DNA of 63,598 bases, counting the filler. It is 8 parts of 8 records of this genome, joined end to end, with 100 filler letters (N's around TTAATTAATTAA, not from the genome) between each part and the next. Parts side by side here need not be neighbours in the genome. Positions count along the whole stretch, not along the records: positions 41,483 to 55,065 come from SRR7504441_2180; positions 55,166 to 60,111 come from SRR7504441_2193; 6 more parts are not named here. One strand, 5' to 3'. The notes beneath the pieces were generated by a model. The model made no database searches. It saw only the letters and a list, made by a program, of their open reading frames with translations, and was not told where the DNA came from. This document shows positions 46,528 through 55,374 of the stretch, one piece after another (position 1 is the first letter of the stretch; every line of letters begins with the position of its first letter). Made by a program: the position numbers and the translations under genes.

Positions 46528-49500
46528 ATGCCGACGTTCGACATCAGCGGGCTGGTGGCCAACTTCCGGATGCGCCACAAGCACAACGCGGCCAAACACT
46601 CTGCGCTCAGCCAGCGCTCCCACAAGCGCGACGGCTTCAGCACCCAGATCCTCGTGGCCCAGCTGCGAGCCCTAGCACCGTTCAGTCGGCTGCCCGACCG
46701 GGCGCTCCAGGCGTTGGCCACCGCAGTCCGGACCCAGGAGCTGCAGACCGACCAGCCGGTGTTTGCGCAAGGCGGTCCTGGCGACAGACTGTGGGTGCTC
46801 TGCGAAGGTGCGGTGACCCTCTCAGTGAGCCAGGGGAAGAAGGAGGTGTGCCTGGCCGGGCTGGAGCGCGGTGCGGTGTTCGGGGAGCTGCACAGCGGCG
46901 AGCCCACGCTCAGAGTGCACTGCACAGTGGCTAGCGGCTGTCCTCGGGCGACGCTGAACGTGATCACCGCTGAGGCTGCCGCTGCACTACCAGGCGAGGC
47001 CCGGAGGGCCATTGAAGCGGCGGCCGAGCAGTATATGAAGCTAGCCAGGGAAGGATTCGCGAGAGTCCAAATTAAGCCGGCGCGGGCCAGCTGGTTCAAC
47101 GCCGCCAGAAGGGAGGAGCACCAGCGGGAGCGATGGTTCACAGCAGAGTCGTCTGAGTCGCCACCGCCTGTGAGACCCAAACCACCTCCTGCGCGACCCG
47201 ACGTGCCGTTGTTGCCTCTGCTGCCGACCCGCAGGAGCCAAGGAATGCAGACCTGGCGGCCGTATCGGCCAGACCGCAGGCGGCAAGTTTTTCGCAAGGC
47301 CGTATACGACACCAAGATGCTAACTGAGAGGTCTGCATACACGGAGGTTTGCAAGAGCTGGCATCAGGATTCAGCAGCCAACCTGGGTTATTACGAAGCA
47401 CACAAAAAAGACCCCGTATACATGGAAGCGAAAGAGAGGTATGAAGCACAGGAGGAGAGCCTCACTCAGAACGTGGAAGGGGAAACCAGCGAAGAGGACG
47501 AAAGTGGGGACTCAGGATCTGAGTCTGAAAAGAGCATTCACGAAGAGCAGTACAGACCTAGCGAGGACAGCTGTATACTCGAGCAAACTTGTCATGGCCG
47601 CCATAGCTGTGTAATAGATCATGGCCGTTCGAGTACGCCAACAAACTTGCTCTATGGCACTAAACTCGCAAGACGGCATTATCTGCGGAAGCTTAACGAT
47701 ACTGCATCCAAGTTTTTTGACAACCGGAGCAATTATTGTGAGCGTGCCTCCTTACGAACACGCGCTGGTCGCCACAATTACATCCAAGGCTGCTTGGAGT
47801 CGAAAATTCTCCCAGTTCCTGCTTTTACAGAAAAAAGAGGTGAAACATGCATTCAATTGCGAGGCTATATTCTCGGTGAAAAGCTGGCCCAGGTGGTGGC
47901 CAAGAGCATTTTGAATAGTAGCTACGAACTTACAATGTTAGATCTCTCAAAGAATGGTCTCGGTGATGCAGGTTCAAGTGCAATTTTGGATGCTGCAGGC
48001 AGCTGCTCAGCGCTGACAACACTCTGTTTCTCCTCAAACAGGCTCCGTGCTGCGTCTGTAGAAGCTCTAAGCGCCTTGATTCTGAATTTACGAGGCCTTA
48101 CCACGTTAGAAATCTCTTCATGTCATCTAAGCTCCAAGTCAGTTGGGAAGCTCTGCTACAGTCTCGGACGGTGTGAAAAAATTACCAAGCTCGACATATC
48201 AAGAAATCGAGTGTCTGGCAACGGGGCAAATGCCTTGGCTACACTTGCTCAAGACAGCGTCACGTTGAAACATTTGGACATATCATATAATGCTTTACAG
48301 CAGAAAGCCGGCCAGCTTCTTGCCATGACTCTGCAAGAAAATCCGCCGCTGACATGGCTAAACCTCTCACAGAACGGGATAGGCGATTACGCATGTCACG
48401 CACTTGGCGCTGCCCTCGAAAAGAACACAATGCTGACGGGATTGGACCTCGGTTTCAATGGCATCAAGTGCGAAGGAGCCCAAATAATTGGCTCTTCACT
48501 TCTGGTCAACTCCACATTGCAAAGCATCAATCTTGAAGGTAACCAAATCGGTGTGCTAGGTGGCAGAGCACTGTTTCGAGCTGCTGAGAAATCAGCAACG
48601 ACGGTCAATCTGACTGGATGCGAAGTCACTCTAGGCAGCACTGCAGGACTATTTGACCACACAAGTATACCTGGGCATTACAAGCTGAACTTAGCTAATG
48701 CGTTGGAACGATCCACAGCACAGCAGCTTCTCGACACAGCTGGACTCCAGCCAGATCACTCCAGCCAGATCATGAACGAGAAGCTTTCGCCAGGCTTTTT
48801 CCGCTTCGACGAAGACGGGCCACAGCATCTTGATCTGCCATCACAAGGCTTGCTAAGTTTTGACTATCTGCCAAGCAGCGTCGCTCCAGGAACGGCTGTG
48901 CCCATTGAAGACAGTTCGCTGCACAAACTTGTTGTAATACTGATGTCACTTGCAACCAGCTCAAGACTTTGTCTACTTGAAGCCATTTGCTGGTTTTACT
49001 TTTTTGAGGTGAAGCAGCTTCAGACAATTATCAGTGTATTCCCCGGGGAGCAAGAAAAGACTGCTGCACTTGCACTACTTTTTGGGAGGGTATCTCAACA
49101 GGAAGGGATCCATCAGGCGGGGATAGAGATTCTTGAGCAAGACATCGACCGATTTTGGGAGTTGGGCCGGGTGGTGGGGCAGCTGATCTTCTTTAGTCAC
49201 ACGGTCCCAAATGGCTTTTACATGCTTGACATGAGCAACAAATTCGACAAGGTGATATTTCAGGCACTCGTTGAGTTGTCAGAAAATTTCAGGGTGGAAA
49301 ACAAAGCGTCTAAGCGCGTGGATTACCGTTGCACGTGTTTCTGCAACGCCACACTCGACCAGGCTGCCTATGCGATCACCTGGCACGAGACCAGCAAACT
49401 AGCACAAGGCATCCTGTCGTTTGACTTTGCCATACTTAAAACGCCCAGCGATTGGAAGGTACTGATGGCTTCAGATTGGGAGGTAGAGATGCTTCGCAGA

Positions 49501-49905
49501 ACTTCTCTTCACTTGCTGAATGGAGATTTTGAAGGATTCGCCAAGACAGTGAATGACTCGTCTCGAACACCAGAGGGAAGTAGGCTTGTTGCTGCTGGGC
49601 ATTTACCAGTTATCCATGGCATTCTTGCAGACAGGAGGAGTGACCGACAGTGCTGGCTCGCGCTTATCCATTGGTTTCGCTGGGTGCTTCCCAGCGTGTA
49701 CTTCAGGGCAGCTCAGATGCTGGACATAATCGCTCTGGTGCGTGATCGAAAATGCTCGGACACTGTGACGCTACTTGTGGTGCTTTGGACTCGTCTGGTA
49801 GATGTCGAGACACTAAAGGAACTGCAAGAGGCTCTGGTGGCTCTGTGTCTCGACTTGTCAGCCGACGAAATGGACGAATTGAAAGATCGCCTTGGACACA
49901 CTTAG
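46528..49905 (+). CDS. cNMP-binding domain + ribonuclease-inhibitor-type LRR protein
   Basis: cNMP motif VFAQGGPGDRLWVLCEGAV...GAVFGE. About 9 LRRs of 28 aa (L..LDLS.N.IG..GA..LA..L..N..L). Confidence 0.85.
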   Translation: MPTFDISGLVANFRMRHKHNAAKHSALSQRSHKRDGFSTQILVAQLRALAPFSRLPDRALQALATAVRTQELQTDQPVFAQGGPGDRLWVLCEGAVTLSVSQGKKEVCLAGLERGAVFGELHSGEPTLRVHCTVASGCPRATLNVITAEAAAALPGEARRAIEAAAEQYMKLAREGFARVQIKPARASWFNAARREEHQRERWFTAESSESPPPVRPKPPPARPDVPLLPLLPTRRSQGMQTWRPYRPDRRRQVFRKAVYDTKMLTERSAYTEVCKSWHQDSAANLGYYEAHKKDPVYMEAKERYEAQEESLTQNVEGETSEEDESGDSGSESEKSIHEEQYRPSEDSCILEQTCHGRHSCVIDHGRSSTPTNLLYGTKLARRHYLRKLNDTASKFFDNRSNYCERASLRTRAGRHNYIQGCLESKILPVPAFTEKRGETCIQLRGYILGEKLAQVVAKSILNSSYELTMLDLSKNGLGDAGSSAILDAAGSCSALTTLCFSSNRLRAASVEALSALILNLRGLTTLEISSCHLSSKSVGKLCYSLGRCEKITKLDISRNRVSGNGANALATLAQDSVTLKHLDISYNALQQKAGQLLAMTLQENPPLTWLNLSQNGIGDYACHALGAALEKNTMLTGLDLGFNGIKCEGAQIIGSSLLVNSTLQSINLEGNQIGVLGGRALFRAAEKSATTVNLTGCEVTLGSTAGLFDHTSIPGHYKLNLANALERSTAQQLLDTAGLQPDHSSQIMNEKLSPGFFRFDEDGPQHLDLPSQGLLSFDYLPSSVAPGTAVPIEDSSLHKLVVILMSLATSSRLCLLEAICWFYFFEVKQLQTIISVFPGEQEKTAALALLFGRVSQQEGIHQAGIEILEQDIDRFWELGRVVGQLIFFSHTVPNGFYMLDMSNKFDKVIFQALVELSENFRVENKASKRVDYRCTCFCNATLDQAAYAITWHETSKLAQGILSFDFAILKTPSDWKVLMASDWEVEMLRRTSLHLLNGDFEGFAKTVNDSSRTPEGSRLVAAGHLPVIHGILADRRSDRQCWLALIHWFRWVLPSVYFRAAQMLDIIALVRDRKCSDTVTLLVVLWTRLVDVETLKELQEALVALCLDLSADEMDELKDRLGHT

Positions 49906-50256
49906 GTCATGCGGTATCACTATTGATCAGGCTGTTTATACATTGTACTGTACTCGTGAGGCTAGGATTTCGATAAAGTATCTTTTTGTAAGTGCCTCAA
50001 TCATAATTGTGACATTGAACGATTGTACGTGTGTACATGACACTATCTTTTTTATTTTGCGAGAGTCGGTTGGCATGTTGTATGTCGTGGTTGTTGGGCC
50101 TAAGGCCACGCGTAACCACCTTGTAATGGTAGATATAGTCATGCTTAAGTCATGCTGGCCTAAGGGGCCAGCAATTATTACTCATGATCAGTCTGACTTC
50201 AAGTAAAAAGGTGCCAGCCCACATGAGTCCTGCTCCCACGACAAAGAATTGGCAAC

Positions 50257-52227
50257 TCATGATAACGGCGCACCCAGAGCGGCCGACCCGACCAGCTTAG
50301 AGTAATTTGCGAGTGCTCCGCGCGGGTACTTACTCGGTTTGGGTTTCCACTGTTCTTTGCGAGAGGCCAATTCATCGTCGGGCACATTCAGCTGCAGCCT
50401 GCGAACTCCTGAGCAACATCCATAGTCAGAACACACTCGCACTATCAATAGCACCGGGCGTAACATCGATCGAAATGATATCCCCATCACGAACGAGCGC
50501 CAAAGGCCCTCCAACAGCAGCCTCTGGCGAGACATGACCAATCATTATTCCGTGATTTGCTCCAGAAAACCTCCCGTCGGTGACTAAAGGCACCTGCACA
50601 CTGCACTCAGAGGCATGCCACACAACGGCAACTGACAGTAGCGCCCAGCCCGCGGCCGACCAGTGCGCCACCAGGCGAAAGCATTTCGGGCATCCCCGGG
50701 CTTCCTTTGGGTCCTGCCAGCCAGCTCGAGGGATTGGACGGCTAGTGGACGGACCTTCATACCGGATGACCAGCACGTGACCAGCCGTTACTTGCCCAGC
50801 CATCACGGCATCGTACGCCTGGTGCTCGTCGTCGAAGCAGCGAGCAGCCCCTTCTATTGTAGTGATGCCCTTCCCGGAGATCTTGCACACACAGCTTTCC
50901 GGGGCAAGATTGCCCCTCAGGATCACAATGTGCCGACCTAGGCCACGCTCGCCCCGCCCGCAGCCGGCCACACACCCGGAGGGGCCACTGGGCTGTCAAT
51001 TGGCACAATCACGTCTTGGCCCTCAGGGAGAGGGGGTGCTGACAGTAGATTCTCTCTCATCGTCTTGCCTGTGACAGTGAGAGGATCCCCGTGCAACAGC
51101 CCGGCTTCGAGCAGCAGTCGGAGCACCACCGGCAGCCCGCCCATGTCGTGCAGGTGCTTGGAATACGAGTAAGACCCGTGCGGCTTTAGCTTAGAGATGA
51201 GCGGCACGCGGTCTCCAATCCTGTTGAAGTCATCCACTGTCAGATCGACATCCGCCTCGCGAGCCAGAGCCAGCAGGTGCAACACAGCGTTAGTAGAGCC
51301 CCCGAGCGCATAGAGCGCGGTGATCCCGTTCTCAAACGCCTCTTTAGTCAAGATGCTCCGGCTGTGCGTCTCTGCCTTGAGCAGCCCGAATAATGCCCGG
51401 ACTGAGGCCCGGCAGTCCTCGTGCTTGCCTTGATGCACCTTGGCAGGGTCCAGCCCGACCCCCGGGGCGGCCATGGCTGGAGTGGACGAGCTCCCTGGGA
51501 GCGCCATCCCCATAGCCTCGAACATGGCTGCCATCGTCGAAGCGGTGAACATTTCACCACACGAGCCCACAGAGCCCAGACAGTGCTGCTCCACGTATTC
51601 GAGCTCTTCAATATCAATCGTCCCGTTAGAGAACGCGCCCTGCGCCTCAAACGCCGAGCCAGCCGAGAGCGCCTGCGACCCGAAATGTTTCTCCCAGCCG
51701 GGGCATTTACCGTTAGTACTCCCAGGGAGCCGGCCGCCCCCGTACAGAGTGATGCCAATGTGATTCCCCCGGGGAATGGGCATGAGACAGCCCGGCTGGG
51801 TCTTATCGCAGCCGCCGAGCGTGATCAGCCCGTCGGCGTGGTAACCCTCGTGCATCAGCTCGATGTGGTTAGCACACATGTCCCGGCTGGGGAGTGAGTA
51901 CTTCATTCCTTCGCAGCCCATCGCCATACCGTCCGTTATTACCGGTGGGAAGCAGACGTACGGCCGCCCGCCCAGCTTGACCACCTCGTCCACGATAGTG
52001 TCCACCAGCAGCTGGAAGTGCTGGTTGCATATGTTGGCCTCGCCAGCGAATGGGGCGGCAACAGTGATCACCGGCCGCGAAAAGTCGGAACGGTCCCAGC
52101 CGCTCATCCAGGAGAAACCGCGGGCCCCAACCCGGCGCACCCACGAGTCGGTCCCGGGCTTGCCGGTCATGGCGTACGACCGCTTCTTGAGCTTGCTCAC
52201 CTCTTCGTCGACTGGCCGTGCCTCCAT
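50257..52227 (-). CDS. ilvD: Dihydroxy-acid dehydratase / IlvD-EDD family dehydratase (4 introns)
   Basis: Motifs [83 protein letters not shown] and [12 protein letters not shown]. Confidence 0.93.
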
Positions 52228-52265
52228 ATCGCCGACAGTTCACAACGGAATCCGTTAGGTTAGAG

Positions 52266-53582
52266 ATGCCTGCTCGAAGGGGAGCTGGCCCAGCAGGTGT
52301 GCGAGGAGCATGGCTGGCGCTCTGCTGCGCCGTGGAGGCGCTCTCTGGCAGCCTAGGGGCGTGCCGCTCGGCATGGGATTGCAAACTCAACGGCGACTGC
52401 ATCTCCGGCCGGTGCGCCTGCGACCCAGCTTGGCGGGGCGAGAGCAACTGCGGGGTGATGAGCTTCGGCCCGATGGAGAAGCAGCCGGGCAAGGCGCCGG
52501 GGTACTACAACGCCAGCCAGGCCTCCTGGGGCGGCAACCTGGTCAAGGGGGACGACGCGAATTATCACTTGTTCCACGCCCAGCTCGAGAACCACTGCGG
52601 GCTGTACTCGAGCCCGGGCGGGTGGACCAACAACTCGTTCATAGCTCGGAGCAAGAGCGTCACCGGCCGGCCGGAGGGGCCGTACCAGTTCGTGGGCCAG
52701 GTGGTGCCCGCGTTCGGCCACAACCCCGAGGTGCACCGGGATCCAACCGACGGGACGTATGTGGTCTTTTTCATCGGGGGCTGGGCCACTACACCAGGCC
52801 AGTGCAACAGCTCACAGACCAGTCAGTTGGCCGATACTCGCCCGCCGCCGCCACCGATGTGCACGGCGAATAATTGGCCAAAGTCCTGTGGGGCCGACAT
52901 GCCGGGCGACAGGACGGCGGCGGGGAGGAACAACTGCTGCGGCCAGTGCAAGTTTGGATATAACTGCGGGTGTGGGATCGCCACGGCCAGTTCAAAGTCG
53001 CTGGATGGCCCCTGGGCGGTGCAGCCGCTCGACATTTTAGACCAGTGGCGGAGCGATGAGGTCTACTGCTCCCACACTAACCCGACAGTGGCGATACTCC
53101 CGAACGGTACATGGGTGATGGCGTTCAACGCGGGCATGTGCAACTTGCACGTGGGGGAGGCGATCGGGACAGCGGTATCGCACGGTGGGTGGCGTGGCCC
53201 ATGGCGCTTGCTGTCTCAGAATGCTGTGCTCCGGAATCCTGATGGGAGCCCGCACGGTTGTGAGGACCCTTATATCTGGTACAGCCAGAGAGGGTGGCAC
53301 CTACTGACGCACAATTATGCGGGGCCGCAGGGAGTCAGTTCATACGCCTACTCAGAGGACGGACTGACATGGCAGTTGTCGAATAGCACGCCGTATGGCT
53401 GGGAGTTGCATTACTCGGACGGGACCAGTGCCAATCTGACCAAATGCGAGCGGCCCAAGCTGATCTGGAGCGATGACGGCAAGACTCCGCTGTTTCTTGC
53501 CAATGGAGCTCGGTCTGCTGATCCTGCCGGCGGGCCTCGCGGCGCCACTTGGACCATGTTCAGACCTCTGATGACTCAGTAA
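52266..53582 (+). CDS. Secreted GH43-like five-bladed beta-propeller glycosidase with N-terminal EGF-like module
   Basis: EGF-like CKLNGDCISGRCACDPAWRG, then SWGG, FGHNPEV, TNPT, EDPYIW, an SEDGLTW Asp-box and ERPKL. Confidence 0.75.
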   Translation: MPARRGAGPAGVRGAWLALCCAVEALSGSLGACRSAWDCKLNGDCISGRCACDPAWRGESNCGVMSFGPMEKQPGKAPGYYNASQASWGGNLVKGDDANYHLFHAQLENHCGLYSSPGGWTNNSFIARSKSVTGRPEGPYQFVGQVVPAFGHNPEVHRDPTDGTYVVFFIGGWATTPGQCNSSQTSQLADTRPPPPPMCTANNWPKSCGADMPGDRTAAGRNNCCGQCKFGYNCGCGIATASSKSLDGPWAVQPLDILDQWRSDEVYCSHTNPTVAILPNGTWVMAFNAGMCNLHVGEAIGTAVSHGGWRGPWRLLSQNAVLRNPDGSPHGCEDPYIWYSQRGWHLLTHNYAGPQGVSSYAYSEDGLTWQLSNSTPYGWELHYSDGTSANLTKCERPKLIWSDDGKTPLFLANGARSADPAGGPRGATWTMFRPLMTQ

Positions 53583-53707
53583 GATCTGACCAATTGGTGT
53601 TATATATACGCCCTAGTTAATACGGCTTCCGGTTATGTGGCTTAGGATCGACTTCACGAATAAATGTATCTATACTGTACTAGTTAACACGACTATGAGA
53701 CCTCGAT

Positions 53708-55004
53708 TCATTCCACTTCGGTAAACTCGCAAAAGACAAGGTTGTGATCCGACAGGTCCCTTTCGCCTTCCACGCCCATCATAGGGACCGTCGCATAATG
53801 CCGGGCGGACCATTGCACGAGCCCTCTTGCCCACACATAATCTACTCGAGTGTTATAACTGCTAGTCACCAAAAACGGCCCGCTGCGCTCCGGGGCCGTG
53901 GCGCCACAATCCACAAACCCTGACTCTTTCATTAAATCTGTGAGCGCGCTCTCCGGAGCATGCCGACCCGCTTCCTTCCGGGGCCTCACGATCTTCTGCT
54001 CCAACCACTCAGGCGAATAGTCTGTGAGTGTAAGCGAGTTCATATCGCCAGCGAGCACCAACGGCTTGCCGTCCATCTGTGCCTGCTGCAAGGTCTTGAG
54101 AAGCACCCCCATCTGCCTCAGTCGGTTCCCTTCCCCGTTAGAGCTCAGGTAGACAGCAGTCATCAGGAACTCGCCAGCCGGATGCATCACCGACGCCATC
54201 ACGAACCGCGGGCCCGGATTTCGAAAGTCGTTAGGAGTTAGCTCAGTGAGCTGTTCGCTCGGTAGGCTGAGTAACCTGCCAGGGTTGAGCTAACGCCTGT
54301 GGCCCCACACGCACCGGCCATGCTGCTTGATGTGGGCACTCCACTCCGCCTTGCCGTCGTCCACTAGGACGGCCCATTGGGCAGATAGCGGGAATCTACT
54401 CAAAATCCCGACACCGTTCCCCGACCCTGCGTAGTGCATCGACAGGCTGTCAGCGAGTTTCCTGAGTGAGGTTGTGCGGCCTTCGAGCAGCTCAGTGAGC
54501 GCTACGACGTCCAGCCCCAGTCGCAGAATCGTCTCCCGGATCCCTTTGTAACCTCGCTTCTTCCAGAGGTGCACGTTCTGGGCCGCCACGTCACACCCAG
54601 CCCAGCGCGCTGGCCTACCAGCGTGCCGATCTTGAGCGTACACGCACCACCCGCCTCGCCCCCAGCCCCGGGGTGCTCAGTGCGCATGGCCGCGGGCTCG
54701 GCGGCTGGTTGCATCTCGGTGGCTACCCGCTCCAGATCGACGGCCAGCCCCGCCAGGTGCTCATCCGAATCCTCCGAGCACTGGAACAGCGGCGATCAGC
54801 GCGGGGGTTGGGGGGCAGCACCGGCTCCGAGGCGCTCGCCGAATCATCCCGTGTGCGCTCGACAGGCGCCACCCCAGCCCAGGCTTCGTACCGATGCAGC
54901 AGCGTCGGCTTGCCGGGCGCGGATTCCACCAGCGCTGGCGGCATGCCGAGCGACAGCAGGTGCCTCTTGAGCTTGACGTAACCGAACCCGGACAGGTCCT
55001 CCAT
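53708..55004 (-). CDS. Endonuclease/exonuclease/phosphatase (EEP) family protein (multi-exon)
   Basis: NVHLW, LDVVALTE, GILSRFPL, LAGDMNS, RVDYVW and SDHNLV: the EEP catalytic motif set. Confidence 0.85.
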
Positions 55005-55065
55005 ACCGAGCAGCGACCCAAGCGTCGGAAGTTGCCGTTAGCCACCCGCCCGGCGCGCCACCATG

Positions 55066-55165
55066 NNNNNNNNNNNNNNNNNNNNNNNNNNNNNNNNNNN
55101 NNNNNNNNNTTAATTAATTAANNNNNNNNNNNNNNNNNNNNNNNNNNNNNNNNNNNNNNNNNNNN
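55066..55165. other. Artificial contig spacer
   Basis: N44-TTAATTAATTAA-N44. Confidence 0.98.
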
Positions 55166-55374
55166 CTGAATTGCCTGTGTTTGGTTGATTGGTTTTCGTG
55201 ACCCCACAGTGATCCTGTGATCACTCGGCATGTTTACATGTACACGTACTCGTACATGCTTCCCGACTGAGAGACGTTTTAACCTGCCTACCTGCTGTAG
55301 CTAAGTACCAGGTTCAGTGGCAGCTGCTGCTACAGTAAGACCAAAAGGTTTTAACGGCCAAGACCGGCTGACCG

